DNA from: Clostridia bacterium
GTDB taxonomy: Bacteria > Bacillota > Clostridia > UBA1212 > DUPL01
NCBI GenBank assembly: GCA_050951325.1
Contig: JBMNIW010000001.1
Location: forward strand, 224,001-288,000
DNA: 64,000 nucleotides
Direction of reading: 5' to 3'
Shown: positions 40,479-54,057 of the stretch, piece by piece
Position numbering within the stretch: the first letter of the stretch is position 1
How the letters are laid out: every line of letters begins with the position of its first letter
Position numbers and translations under genes: made by a program
The notes under the pieces: generated by a model
Database searches by the model: none
What the model saw: the letters and a program-made list of their open reading frames with translations, nothing else
What the model was told of the DNA's origin: nothing

Positions 40479-41258
40479 ATGAAAAGACTTGTACCATTCC
40501 TGATTTATACTTGTATTGCTTTTTAAGTGGATGCTTCAATGGCGGCAATATTGAACCTACGGAAACACCCAAAGAGGAGAAAAAAGTATTAACCCTTGAA
40601 GAGGTTCTGGATATTCTGAACGGCAAATCCGATATTTTTCTCAAAAGAGATGCTGAATTCACCGCAACCATCAACAGAAACATTTCAGAAAAGATTACTG
40701 GTGCATGGCATAGAACAGAGTATGAAAATTATAGAACAACAATAAGCATCAAAACAGACAACGGCAAACTTGCAGCAAAGGTGGAAACAAAGCATCCTGC
40801 AACAGGAATCAGCGATACATATTATGTTGATGGATATGCGTATAGCGAACAGACCAAAAACAAGAGGAAATTTGATTATGAGAAGTTTCTAGAAGATTCC
40901 GGATTTTATGAAGACGAACCTTTTGTCACAGCAGAGGATATAAAAGAATTCTCATACAACGATTATTACTACATTCCGGTATTTACAGATGAATATGTAC
41001 AAAGCAAGTTGGAAGTCGAGGGAGATTATGATCTGGATATAAGTCACACTCTCAGACTTGCCATTTACGAGGAAAAGCTCAAGGAAATAGTACAAACCCT
41101 CAATGTCGAAGGAGATATAACGGACAGCAATGGGATTTACAATCAACTATAAATATAGGATGGACTACAGTCTTGAGTTTCGAGACCTTGTCGATTTCAA
41201 ACTTCCAAACCTGGATGAGTTCCATGAAGAAATACACGCACCGATAACAGAGGACTGA
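40479..41258 (+). pseudogene. Putative lipoprotein with frameshifts (~40505-40527 and ~41135)
   Basis: GGAGG + ATG MKRLVPFLI, then LSGC lipobox in another frame; C-terminus INYKYRMDYSLEF..KLPNLDEF in a shifted frame. Confidence 0.6.
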
Positions 41259-41343
41259 AAAGAAAGATTGCTGCATCGTCTTGTAATTCTAATATGGTAA
41301 ATATATAATTGATATACATTTCGCACAGAACAGGTGATACATA

Positions 41344-42273
41344 ATGACAATTTTAAAAAAGACAATAATACTAATTTCGACTCTTTTACTTGCAGCATTA
41401 ATCTCCTGCAGTACTCAAAAACATACCACTCTTTACCAACTGCCAACACAAACCCCTCAGCAGATGATGTCGTATGTAATAATTACAAAAGACGGTCACT
41501 GCATTGTAATTGATGGTGGAAACAAGGGAGATGCTGATTATCTTCTGAAGTTTATTAAAGAAAAGACCAATATGAAAAAGCCGGTAATTGATGCCTGGAT
41601 CTTTTCCCATGTGCACTCAGACCATGTCAGTACATTCATTGCACTTGCCAATCTCAAACGAGACGAGTTTACCGTAAAGAAAATATATTACAACTTCCCC
41701 AGTGCTGAGTTCATATCGAAGTATGACTATACTGATACCACCGTACTGACAATGAGTGATTTTTATGCTGCTGTTGATAAACTCGAAGGAACAGAAGTAA
41801 TTATTCCACAGAACAACGACAAGTTTACCATAGGAGATGTGGAAGTTGAAATACTAATGGTTCAGGACGAAGAAGCAGACTTTATGAAAAACTCCAATGT
41901 GGTTAACAACAGCTCCATGATTTTCAGGTTGACTGTAGAAAACCAGACGGTTCTCTTCCTTGGTGATTCTGGTGTGGAGCAAGGAAACGAGCTTTTAAAA
42001 ATGCACGGAGACAATTTAAAAAGCGACATGGTCCAAATGTCGCACCACGGACAAAATGGCGTAAGCAAGGAAGTTTACGAAGCCATCAATCCCAGCGCAT
42101 GTTTATGGCCTACACCCAAATGGCTGTATGAAAACGATAGTGGCGGCGGGTACAACTCAGGTCCATGGAAGACCCTTGAAGTCAGAGAATGGATGGAGGA
42201 ATTGGGTGTCAAACACCACTACGTCGACATGGACGGTTTGCATGAAATAAGGTTTCCGTTTAAGTTTGATTGA
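41344..42273 (+). CDS. MBL-fold metallohydrolase lipoprotein (ComEC/Rec2-like)
   Basis: LISC lipobox, IDGG, SHVHSDH, NNSS, FLGD, HHG. Confidence 0.88.
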   Translation: MTILKKTIILISTLLLAALISCSTQKHTTLYQLPTQTPQQMMSYVIITKDGHCIVIDGGNKGDADYLLKFIKEKTNMKKPVIDAWIFSHVHSDHVSTFIALANLKRDEFTVKKIYYNFPSAEFISKYDYTDTTVLTMSDFYAAVDKLEGTEVIIPQNNDKFTIGDVEVEILMVQDEEADFMKNSNVVNNSSMIFRLTVENQTVLFLGDSGVEQGNELLKMHGDNLKSDMVQMSHHGQNGVSKEVYEAINPSACLWPTPKWLYENDSGGGYNSGPWKTLEVREWMEELGVKHHYVDMDGLHEIRFPFKFD

Positions 42274-42275
42274 TG

Positions 42276-42306
42276 CAAAAAGAGCTGCGTTTTCGCAGCT
42301 CTTTTT
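42276..42306. terminator. Bidirectional terminator
   Basis: AAAAAGAGCTGCG-tttt-CGCAGCTCTTTTT between convergent genes. Confidence 0.85.
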
Positions 42307-42307
42307 C

Positions 42308-45355
<3,048 letters not shown>

Positions 45356-46204
45356 TTACAACATGCTTTGTCTTCTATATTCAGAAGGCGTCAATCTAGA
45401 ATATTTCTTGAATGTTCGACTGAAATAGAGTTGATCTGAGAAACCTACCATTTCCGCAATTTCCTTAATACTCATGGAAGTATTGGAAAGGAGGTGCTTT
45501 GCATTTTTCATGCGCACCTGAATTTTATACGCATAGGGAGTCATGCCGGTGTGTTTTTTAAAACATCTGATAAAATAGTATTTGTCCAGATGACACATCT
45601 CAGCATAATCTTCAATGGTCTTGTTATTTGCATAGTTTTTGTTAATATCATCAATGACCGGCTGAAGCATAGTGGAATAACTGGAGAACAACTCATCCCT
45701 ATACTCGATTATTCTCCTTTTAACAAGAGATACAAGGGTAAGAAAAAATGCATTTAATAGAGAGTTGTATGCTGGCTTTCTGTATTTAATCTCATTTATC
45801 AAATTATTAAACATTTCCGTTATTTCAACACAGATACCAACATGATATACAACACCAGAGGTAAGATTGTTTTCTCTTAGCAAATCTTCAACTGCACTAC
45901 CCGTAAAATGAACCCAATATACAAGGGTGTCCATACCTCCCACATATACATAATTATGAGGTTCATAAGGCTTAAACAAAAACACCTCACCAGCATTTAC
46001 CTCAATTTCTTCATTATTATGATAAAACAGACCTTTGCCTCTCCAAAAATAAATAAGTTGATAATCTTTTCTGCCTTTTGGTCTTATGGTTGTCATGTCC
46101 TTTTCCCCTATTTCATAACAACCACTACAATTTATATATAAATAATCATCCGATACATAATCCAGCTCTTCCCAATTATTCTCATTATACACTTGCACAA
46201 ACAT
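45356..46204 (-). CDS. AraC-family regulator
   Basis: RP.GR.DYQL, YWVHF.G, C-terminal EIA..VGF.D..YFSR.FKK. Confidence 0.93.
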   Translation of the reverse strand: MFVQVYNENNWEELDYVSDDYLYINCSGCYEIGEKDMTTIRPKGRKDYQLIYFWRGKGLFYHNNEEIEVNAGEVFLFKPYEPHNYVYVGGMDTLVYWVHFTGSAVEDLLRENNLTSGVVYHVGICVEITEMFNNLINEIKYRKPAYNSLLNAFFLTLVSLVKRRIIEYRDELFSSYSTMLQPVIDDINKNYANNKTIEDYAEMCHLDKYYFIRCFKKHTGMTPYAYKIQVRMKNAKHLLSNTSMSIKEIAEMVGFSDQLYFSRTFKKYSRLTPSEYRRQSML

Positions 46205-46301
46205 ATACGTCCTCTCCTACATAGCAGATACCATTACGTTTATTATACAATTTGTCAGCCAAAAGATAAAGGCTGCCATACAAGCAGCCATCTAAATGCA
46301 A

Positions 46302-48227
46302 TCACGCTTTATTGCTGAACAGGAAGTTAAATCTGCCATATGGTGCAGCATCACCATCCTGGTAGAAGGTCCATATTCCATTATCCATGTTGCAGTTATC
46401 CGCCCACTTGAATTGAAGATTCACTATGTCCATTGACGAAATGCCAATTTTTGAAGCGGGAACTTTCAACATAAGCTTGTTTCCTTCAACCCTCATATCA
46501 ACTTCTGCTACCTTTTCCCACTTGTTATCTCCTGCATATTTTTCCAAAACCGCCTTATTCTTTGACGGGGGAGCAGTCCTGTTTACGACAAAATCATAGC
46601 CATTCCACTTCTTTGTTTTTGAAAAACCAGTGGCAAGAAACAGCGTCATCCAGTTGTCCGTAGGGTCTGATATGTCCTCTACTGTATCTACATAAAAGTA
46701 GAAGTGCTTGTCATCCCTTGCTACTTTCATGACACTTATGTCATTTCTTCCTGTGTTGTTTTCATACTCTGATATATCAATATTTTTCCATTTGTCATAC
46801 AAGGATACATCTCTAATGCTCGTATCATTTATGAAGTCCTTGTAGACTGCTGTAGCATCATCCCATTGAGACCAGTCGCCATTTATGTCAACTGTTGTTT
46901 TCTTGCCAACATTTACCCTGCCGTTTGTTCCTTTGTATTGCCTGATAAAATTGCACATTTGCATGTAATAATTGTCCCCATAACCACCTGTCATGGGTTC
47001 TATGTCCCTGCTGTGGTCAATGTTGAAATTGTCCACAAACATGCACATATCACGAGGATCGTCCGTATATTTTCCTAATTGATTATCTTTACTCCATCCT
47101 CTGTCCGAATCCCAATTGCCTGCAATCCATTCATTCCATCCGCAGATGAATATCATAGGCGGATCCTTCTCAATTGCATATTCAAACTGTCTGGCAAAAT
47201 TGATACCGTATAGATACGAATCCTCCTCTCCTTCTATCCAATGACGGTTTCTTTTTCCATCCCAGTTTCTTGAATGATCTTTTGTCTCCCATAAATACCC
47301 ATAAACAGAGTTGAAGGTTTCACATATTTCAGCTACGGATACAGTCATCATCCATGTGTTTCCATTCTCATCTTTCATCTCCGTTGGCCAGTCTGAAAAA
47401 TCTATCCACGGAAACATGTTTTTCTTCTTGTTAAGATCATACTTAAAGGAACCATCTGGCATAACATCCAAAACTTCAAATGCATTCATGTATGAATCCT
47501 TCATAGTGAAGAATTCCTTTGCCCTTTTACTGATACTAGAATCCCTCATATCCCCTACAATTAAGGGTTTGCCGTCGTAGCAGTACCAAAGATGCTCATA
47601 CTCGGGATGTGCCATGTATATGTCATTGTATATCCTCTCTATTGTTGCTCCTGTGTTTGTATGTGTATAATAGCTTACCTTCGGAACCTTCCAGCCTTGC
47701 CTTGAGTACTCATCAAGTATCCTGAACAAGAGAAGTGATTGCTCCTCATAAATGTATGTATTTGTGGCATCTATCATGAGGTAGTCTATATCAGCCTCAA
47801 CAAACATCTGAACATGCTTTCTTATTACATAATCATCCAGCATTGTATAGTAGCTGAACAAGGGTTTTCCCCACCAATGGCTTGCTCCATACAGAGGCGA
47901 CCCTCCTGCTCTAGCCCATTCTTTCTTAGACCTAGGCGCATCAGGATTTTTCTTCAAAATTTCGGTATTGTCAAACACCTGATGCGAACCATGGGAGCCC
48001 GTCCACAAAAAATAGAATATTCCTACTTCCCGATCTTTTCTCTCTACGTCCAAAGCAACTGCTCGACCGAGGTCGTCAATACAGAAGGTTGTACCATTTA
48101 TATCAACATATTCTCCTTTGTACTTTTTCCATGTTGTAATGTCATCATAATTGTATTTGCGATTGCAGCCAAACATACTTCCCACCATAATTGTAGATAT
48201 AACGAGAAAAGCAGTTGCTTTTTTCAT
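46302..48227 (-). CDS. Lipoprotein, putative glycoside hydrolase (GH99/GH71-like), paralogue A1
   Basis: MFGC lipobox; DDLGR, VGIFY, WWGKP, DGKPLI, GWNEW, SRDIEP, FKWADN, GDAAPYGR. Confidence 0.6.
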   Translation of the reverse strand: MKKATAFLVISTIMVGSMFGCNRKYNYDDITTWKKYKGEYVDINGTTFCIDDLGRAVALDVERKDREVGIFYFLWTGSHGSHQVFDNTEILKKNPDAPRSKKEWARAGGSPLYGASHWWGKPLFSYYTMLDDYVIRKHVQMFVEADIDYLMIDATNTYIYEEQSLLLFRILDEYSRQGWKVPKVSYYTHTNTGATIERIYNDIYMAHPEYEHLWYCYDGKPLIVGDMRDSSISKRAKEFFTMKDSYMNAFEVLDVMPDGSFKYDLNKKKNMFPWIDFSDWPTEMKDENGNTWMMTVSVAEICETFNSVYGYLWETKDHSRNWDGKRNRHWIEGEEDSYLYGINFARQFEYAIEKDPPMIFICGWNEWIAGNWDSDRGWSKDNQLGKYTDDPRDMCMFVDNFNIDHSRDIEPMTGGYGDNYYMQMCNFIRQYKGTNGRVNVGKKTTVDINGDWSQWDDATAVYKDFINDTSIRDVSLYDKWKNIDISEYENNTGRNDISVMKVARDDKHFYFYVDTVEDISDPTDNWMTLFLATGFSKTKKWNGYDFVVNRTAPPSKNKAVLEKYAGDNKWEKVAEVDMRVEGNKLMLKVPASKIGISSMDIVNLQFKWADNCNMDNGIWTFYQDGDAAPYGRFNFLFSNKA

Positions 48228-49123
48228 TATTTTTTCCTCCTTTTTGCTATCACAACAAAGACCACAATTAACAAAACAGCAATAGCAGAAACAGCAGAAA
48301 TAATTACTCCTGTTGCATTCTTGTCTTTGGTCTTCTCTTTCGTAGGAGTTTTCTCTTCATCATTATCAGCAGGTTTTGGTGTTTCTTTAACTTCTTCAGT
48401 AGGTTCAGGAGTTGGCGTAACCTCAGGTTCATATAGATTAACCACCGTCATATTCTCTATAGTAAAAGAGCAGTAGTGGCCCATCATTCCAAGATTGAAC
48501 TCATACCCTTCAGTAAAATGATCGAAATCTCCAGGTTTATCACAATTGGTCAAATCCATATCCAATATTTGGACATCATTTATCTTCATGGAGAGTTTGT
48601 TGTCATCCCTGATTATCTCAAAATGAAACTTTGTGCCATTACTCATAGGGCCAAACTTGCTTGTAGCCTCCGTTTCTCCTTTGAAACTGTATATATCCTG
48701 AATCTTCTCTACACCACTCTGCTCAACAGCAATACCATAGTTTCTTGTTAGGAGTAGATGAACATATACTTCTTTGCCAGTCGCTTCATCATAAGCAGCT
48801 CCGACTTTAAAAAACGGTCCATATATGAATCCTAGTCCATCCTTGTCTTCAGCATAGAACTGGTTTATCTTAAGATCACCGGACCATACAAAACCCTTTG
48901 ACATATTAGGTATGTAGAATACAGCTTCGGAAGCAACTGTTTCATCTTCATTCCTAACAGTAACACTTTTAACTTTGTCTCCATCCATTATAACATCATA
49001 ATCCCAGTTGCCATCCTTGAAATGAACTTCAAAATCCTTGCCGATAATGTTTTCAGCATTTGCTGATACATTAAGCACAATAATTGCAAACAGTACCAAT
49101 ATGCAACATATTTTCCGCATCAT
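48227..49123 (-). CDS. Secreted, C-terminally membrane-anchored hypothetical protein
   Basis: Signal peptide, beta-rich domain, PEVTPTPEPT linker, C-terminal TM + KRRKK. Confidence 0.75.
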   Translation of the reverse strand: MMRKICCILVLFAIIVLNVSANAENIIGKDFEVHFKDGNWDYDVIMDGDKVKSVTVRNEDETVASEAVFYIPNMSKGFVWSGDLKINQFYAEDKDGLGFIYGPFFKVGAAYDEATGKEVYVHLLLTRNYGIAVEQSGVEKIQDIYSFKGETEATSKFGPMSNGTKFHFEIIRDDNKLSMKINDVQILDMDLTNCDKPGDFDHFTEGYEFNLGMMGHYCSFTIENMTVVNLYEPEVTPTPEPTEEVKETPKPADNDEEKTPTKEKTKDKNATGVIISAVSAIAVLLIVVFVVIAKRRKK

Positions 49124-49228
49124 GCAGTTACCCTCCAATCCAGAAACAGGTATGTTATATGTATAATACATTAAACGGGTGAAATGTTGTAGGTAATATA
49201 TTGTTTTCCATATGTAAATAATTGTGTT

Positions 49229-50479
49229 TTATACTTTTTTCTTTTTGATAACCATCAGAAGAACAACACAAGCAACTGCTGCTATAGCAACAATCACAAT
49301 ACCAGCTATTAAACCGACACTTCTTCTCTTGTCTTTTTCACTGCCCGTCTCTTTTGTTTGCGTGGGAATGGGAGTTGAGTCATCCTCATCGTCTGTTGGC
49401 GCAGGTGTATTCTCTGGCTCTTCAGTTGATGTCTCTTGTGGTTTTTCAATTGTAGATTTTATCACAATTTCTGCCACATCCACCTGTCCTGAGTGTCTCG
49501 TAGAAAGAGCAAGATAACCATTCACAGCTAACAGTGTGTTGGTTAAGTTTGCAATTTGCTTGCCTTCCCCATCCTTTACAACTGCCTTTTCAAAGAACTC
49601 ACTGATGGGGTCCCTATATATTGAGTTATCTCCTTCATCTGCATGAATGGACTTGGAATTTTCGTACTTTGTAACACCACTATATTCTACGCTACATATC
49701 AACTTTTCATTGGCATATATGGAAATCGAAGATGCCTTGTCCACTATCTTAAGATTGAAATAGTCAAAGACATTAAAATCCACATTGAAGTCATTACTCC
49801 ATACACCAAGACCGCCATCATATCTTTCATCATGCAGCCTAATATATATTCTCAGAAGATTCTGGCCATCCAATTTTAATGGTACAATACCAAGACCGCT
49901 GCCACCCAGGTAATTGTAGGTATAAAAATCAAAATCTCCGTCATCCTCCAATTTCGCCTTGTATTCAGGATCATTTAGCCTGTTTGTATTGTAGTCAGTC
50001 TCGAAGTATGTATACTCAAATAGACGATACTCACCATCCTGATAACCACAGTATCGTCTTGAGTAGTAACTCTGTCCTGGCACAAGGTTTGTTCCACGAA
50101 CAAAAATGCCGTACAACGCGTATATATCCTTTCCAACGTCCCCTACTTTAAGTCTGTATTCAACTTCATAGGATTCATCATTTACAGCATCAAAAGGCTG
50201 AGAAAACACAGCTTGACCGTATCCATAAAACCTAAATGCTTTGCTGCCCTTGTCCTCAACGACAGTAATGCTGCCGCCCCACTCAGTATCCAAAGCAGCT
50301 TGTTTAATAAGCCACATTTCCTCAAAGGCAGTAGCCCCCATGCCATCCAACGAGTCGCCGACTTTGTACTCGCCAGAGGAAAAATCCTCTTTGTACTCAT
50401 CAAAACTACTTGCAGCAGCATTTAGAGAAAAAACTGCAGCAATCACAAAAAACAGTACACCAGTCAATGTCTTTCTCAC
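49229..50479 (-). CDS. Secreted, C-terminally membrane-anchored hypothetical protein
   Basis: Signal peptide (AAA), P/T/E linker, C-terminal TM + KKKKV. Confidence 0.75.
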   Translation of the reverse strand: MRKTLTGVLFFVIAAVFSLNAAASSFDEYKEDFSSGEYKVGDSLDGMGATAFEEMWLIKQAALDTEWGGSITVVEDKGSKAFRFYGYGQAVFSQPFDAVNDESYEVEYRLKVGDVGKDIYALYGIFVRGTNLVPGQSYYSRRYCGYQDGEYRLFEYTYFETDYNTNRLNDPEYKAKLEDDGDFDFYTYNYLGGSGLGIVPLKLDGQNLLRIYIRLHDERYDGGLGVWSNDFNVDFNVFDYFNLKIVDKASSISIYANEKLICSVEYSGVTKYENSKSIHADEGDNSIYRDPISEFFEKAVVKDGEGKQIANLTNTLLAVNGYLALSTRHSGQVDVAEIVIKSTIEKPQETSTEEPENTPAPTDDEDDSTPIPTQTKETGSEKDKRRSVGLIAGIVIVAIAAVACVVLLMVIKKKKV

Positions 50480-50482
50480 TCT

Positions 50483-52996
50483 TCATCCCTCCTTTTTGTT
50501 TATTCCAATTGCCTTTTTTGCCAAAAATATCACCAAACCGACAAGTATTAAAGCAACAGACCAAACTGCAATCATTACGTAATCCACACTCTTTTTGGAA
50601 GGAAGTTTTCTAAAGTTTTCATCAGTGTTGAATACAAAACAAAACCTCCCACCAGGTGCCACATCGCCAAACTGGTAAAAATCCATAATATCACCATCGG
50701 ACTGCATGTTGTCAGACCATTTGAAGTTAAATGCAATATTCTTCGCTTTGCCGCTTATGCCAAGATACTCTTTTGGCACCTCTATCTGCATAACATTTCC
50801 ACTTACAGTGTACCTGGCCTCGCCGACCTTATCCCAATCCCAACCGCCTTTGCTCCTTTCAACAATTACTTTATCCACTGTTGCATTCTCTCTGTTTATA
50901 CAAAACTCGAAACCTTCCCAATTACCATTACCCTCAAATGTTGTATCAATAAACAGTCTCATCCAGGCTTTATCAGTGTACGGTGTAATATCATCCTTTG
51001 TTTGTGCAAAGAAATATATGTTGTTCTCATCGTACGCAACTTTTGCAAGGACAAAATCATTCCTCATGGTATCATTGGCATCAAACACAGCACCTCTAAA
51101 GCCACCTGCTTCCCTATATGGCGTGGAGCCAGTGTAGTGATGGTATTCAGGAAGAACATCCTTCCACTGTTCCACTCCTTTCGATATGTCAATCTTTTTG
51201 TATGCGTAGATCGAATCGGGCACGCTCATTCCTTTAAACTTTCTAATATTGCTTACCATTTGATAGTAATAGTGGTCTTTCAAGTCACCTTTTGTCATTT
51301 CTATATCACGACTGTTTTCATCATCAAATTGATCAACAAAGGCATTAATCAATTTCACATGGCCTGTGTCAAATTCAGCATATCTATGTACGGTCCACTC
51401 ATTCCAACCCACAATGAATACAATATCAGGGTCAACCTCATGCGCATAATCCCACTGTTCCTGAAAATTCAGACCTTGTAGTTTTGTCTTAGAGATGATG
51501 TTGCCTTCAGTAAAATCATCATCTCCAATCCATCCATTTTTATATGTCCAGCTTCTACCTGTAGGTCTTAGTTTCGGGTCAGTCTGATTCATAGCAGAAA
51601 AACCAGGTAACTCCCTGTTGCCATTTTGGGCAACACTTACTGGCACATACTCTACAGAGCCGTCCTTCCTTACTCCAAATCTACCCTGTGGATGAATTCT
51701 CAGCCACTGCCAGTATCCTATCTCTTCATTATGCTTGTCTGCATAATCGCCACTGTTTGCCCTGAATGTAAACGAATCAAGAAGATATTTGTGTTTTTCA
51801 TTATCCAATATGTTCTTGTTTGCCATGATTAATGGTTTTCCGTCCAAATAAAACCATAGATCCTGGTACAACCCACGAGCGAATATGTCTCTGTACAACA
51901 TGTCAAGCTGTGTACTTAATTCATATTGGCTCCTTGAGTTTAAAAAGAATGCAAACTGCGGAACTTTAACTCCTTCCGACTTGGCCTTCATGAATGCATC
52001 CACAAGGCACAGAAACTGTGCTCTCCAGAGATACGTTGCGTTTGTGCAGTCAAATACAATGAAGTCCACACCTGCATCAGCAAGAAGTTCTGCATGCTTT
52101 CTATAAACAAAAGCATCTGTTCCGGAGTAGTATCCGTACAAAGGCTCATTCCAGTAATATATCACTCTGCTTTGGGACTCAATAGTCGACCACAGTCTAT
52201 GAATTGGATCAAGTCTTGCATCCGGGTATTCTGTCATCAACTTCTGCAGGCTGTATGGAGTTATTGAATTGGAATACTCTTCCTCAAACCATATTGTGTA
52301 GAATATGCCAACCTTTTTATCCTTTAAGTTACCCACATCCTTGTAGGCAGGAAGTATTCTTCCAAGCCCGTCTACTGCAGCCCAGGTATCAGGTCTGACC
52401 TTGTACTCTCTATCATCAACAGGATTGAAATAGTCAAACTCAAGTATGGGCTCGTCACTCTTGTTCTCCGATATCTCACCAAGTTTCTTTCCATTGCCGC
52501 TAATAAATCTTACATACGCAGCAACACCAATAGAAGGCTCTGCCCTGTCATTGTAATAGACTCTTACATTATTGATACTCTTCTCCACTATTTTGATATT
52601 TACCGCTTTACCAGATGCCTTGTTTAAAAGAAGTATGTACTCACCTTTTGGCAGGGTGTCGAACTTGTAAGTTATTTTATTGCCAAAACCTTCAAATGAC
52701 TTCTTGCGAACAGGTTCCTTTCTCAATGTTTTGGCATAAAACTCATCCCACTCATAAATTGACACTGTAAGTTTTCCCTTGCCGTGCTTTCCAGCATTAA
52801 CCTCTATGGTTACTTCGTCAAAATCCTCCGTTGCATTAAACTGTATAGCCAGGTTGTCATGGGAATACAACCTCATTTCATTTACCAGTTTCTCCTTATC
52901 AAACAAGGCAACTTTTTCAGACGCACCATTTGCCACTATTATCCCAAAACCCAGCATTGCTGAAATAATAATTAGACATGCTTTTACAGCCTTCAT
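50483..52996 (-). CDS. Membrane-anchored putative glycoside hydrolase (GH99/GH71-like), paralogue A2
   Basis: Signal peptide, extra N-terminal beta domain, DGLGR, VGIFY, DAGVDF..FDCTN, GWNEW, FKWSDN, GDVAPGGR, C-terminal TM. Confidence 0.6.
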   Translation of the reverse strand: MKAVKACLIIISAMLGFGIIVANGASEKVALFDKEKLVNEMRLYSHDNLAIQFNATEDFDEVTIEVNAGKHGKGKLTVSIYEWDEFYAKTLRKEPVRKKSFEGFGNKITYKFDTLPKGEYILLLNKASGKAVNIKIVEKSINNVRVYYNDRAEPSIGVAAYVRFISGNGKKLGEISENKSDEPILEFDYFNPVDDREYKVRPDTWAAVDGLGRILPAYKDVGNLKDKKVGIFYTIWFEEEYSNSITPYSLQKLMTEYPDARLDPIHRLWSTIESQSRVIYYWNEPLYGYYSGTDAFVYRKHAELLADAGVDFIVFDCTNATYLWRAQFLCLVDAFMKAKSEGVKVPQFAFFLNSRSQYELSTQLDMLYRDIFARGLYQDLWFYLDGKPLIMANKNILDNEKHKYLLDSFTFRANSGDYADKHNEEIGYWQWLRIHPQGRFGVRKDGSVEYVPVSVAQNGNRELPGFSAMNQTDPKLRPTGRSWTYKNGWIGDDDFTEGNIISKTKLQGLNFQEQWDYAHEVDPDIVFIVGWNEWTVHRYAEFDTGHVKLINAFVDQFDDENSRDIEMTKGDLKDHYYYQMVSNIRKFKGMSVPDSIYAYKKIDISKGVEQWKDVLPEYHHYTGSTPYREAGGFRGAVFDANDTMRNDFVLAKVAYDENNIYFFAQTKDDITPYTDKAWMRLFIDTTFEGNGNWEGFEFCINRENATVDKVIVERSKGGWDWDKVGEARYTVSGNVMQIEVPKEYLGISGKAKNIAFNFKWSDNMQSDGDIMDFYQFGDVAPGGRFCFVFNTDENFRKLPSKKSVDYVMIAVWSVALILVGLVIFLAKKAIGINKKEG

Positions 52997-53991
52997 TGCC
53001 AACCTCCGTTCATTCTTGCCAAATCTTTCAAAACCTGCATTGCAGGTGCTGGAAACCTTCCCAAATGATCAGGCCCAATGTTCAATAAATAATTTGCACC
53101 AATCCTTTTAAGATGTTCTTTTGTTTTAAATACTTCCTCTGCACTTTTCCAGTTGTTATCGTAATATTTAAAACCCCAGGAATCATTCAAGGTTGCTGGA
53201 CTTTCATACAAAACATCCAAAACCTTATCTATAGGTATCTCATTGTCTCCTGCTGATATATAGTCGTAGATGCCATTGCCAAGTCTAGAGTTTACAAGAC
53301 AATCTGGCTGATAATGTTTTACCATGCTGTATAGTTCAAGACTTTTTTCTTTCGATATTACAAGCGGTGTATCAAACCAGATGAGGAACAGCTCTCCATA
53401 GTTTGTGAGTATTTCTTTAAGCTGAGGTTTTATCTTCTCTTCATAGCAAATATCGTAGCATTTGTTTTCATTATCAGGATAATCCCAGTCATTCGTCCAG
53501 GAAGTAGTCCCTTCTAGATTTAAAAAAGGATATCTGTACCCACCGCCATGCGGATGGGACCAATCGATATCCTGTGAATAGTAAAGACCGAGTTTAATGC
53601 CGTGTTTGTAACAGGCTTCAGCAAGTTCACCTACAACATCTCGTCCAAAAGGTGTCATGTCCACCACATTGAATTTTGTTGCTTTGGAATGAAACATAGC
53701 AAATCCATCATGGTGTTTTGAAGTGAAGACCATGTACTTCATGCCCGCTGCTTTTGCAAGTCTTGCATACTCTTCTGCGTTAAAATATATTGGGTTGAAC
53801 ACTTTTACAAGTTCGTGGTATTCCTTGTTAGGTATGCGGAAATATGCCTGTGTCCATTCAGCGATATACGGCATTCTTTGCCCTTTCCACTCCCCACCCA
53901 ATAAAGAATACAATCCAAAATGAATCATAAGACCAAACTGAGCTTCCTTAAAATGTAACCTAACATCCATAAAAGCACCTATCTTTCGCAC
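52993..53991 (-). CDS. GH29 alpha-L-fucosidase
   Basis: FGLMIHFGLYS, AGMKY..TSKHHDGF, GLYYS..DW, IWFD, NSR, SWGF, NYLLNIGP. Confidence 0.92.
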   Translation of the reverse strand: MRKIGAFMDVRLHFKEAQFGLMIHFGLYSLLGGEWKGQRMPYIAEWTQAYFRIPNKEYHELVKVFNPIYFNAEEYARLAKAAGMKYMVFTSKHHDGFAMFHSKATKFNVVDMTPFGRDVVGELAEACYKHGIKLGLYYSQDIDWSHPHGGGYRYPFLNLEGTTSWTNDWDYPDNENKCYDICYEEKIKPQLKEILTNYGELFLIWFDTPLVISKEKSLELYSMVKHYQPDCLVNSRLGNGIYDYISAGDNEIPIDKVLDVLYESPATLNDSWGFKYYDNNWKSAEEVFKTKEHLKRIGANYLLNIGPDHLGRFPAPAMQVLKDLARMNGGWQ

Positions 53992-54057
53992 CTTGTATAC
54001 TGTTAGTAATTATATTACTTGTAGGAAAATATTGCAATTAGAACAGTAAAAAGCGGG

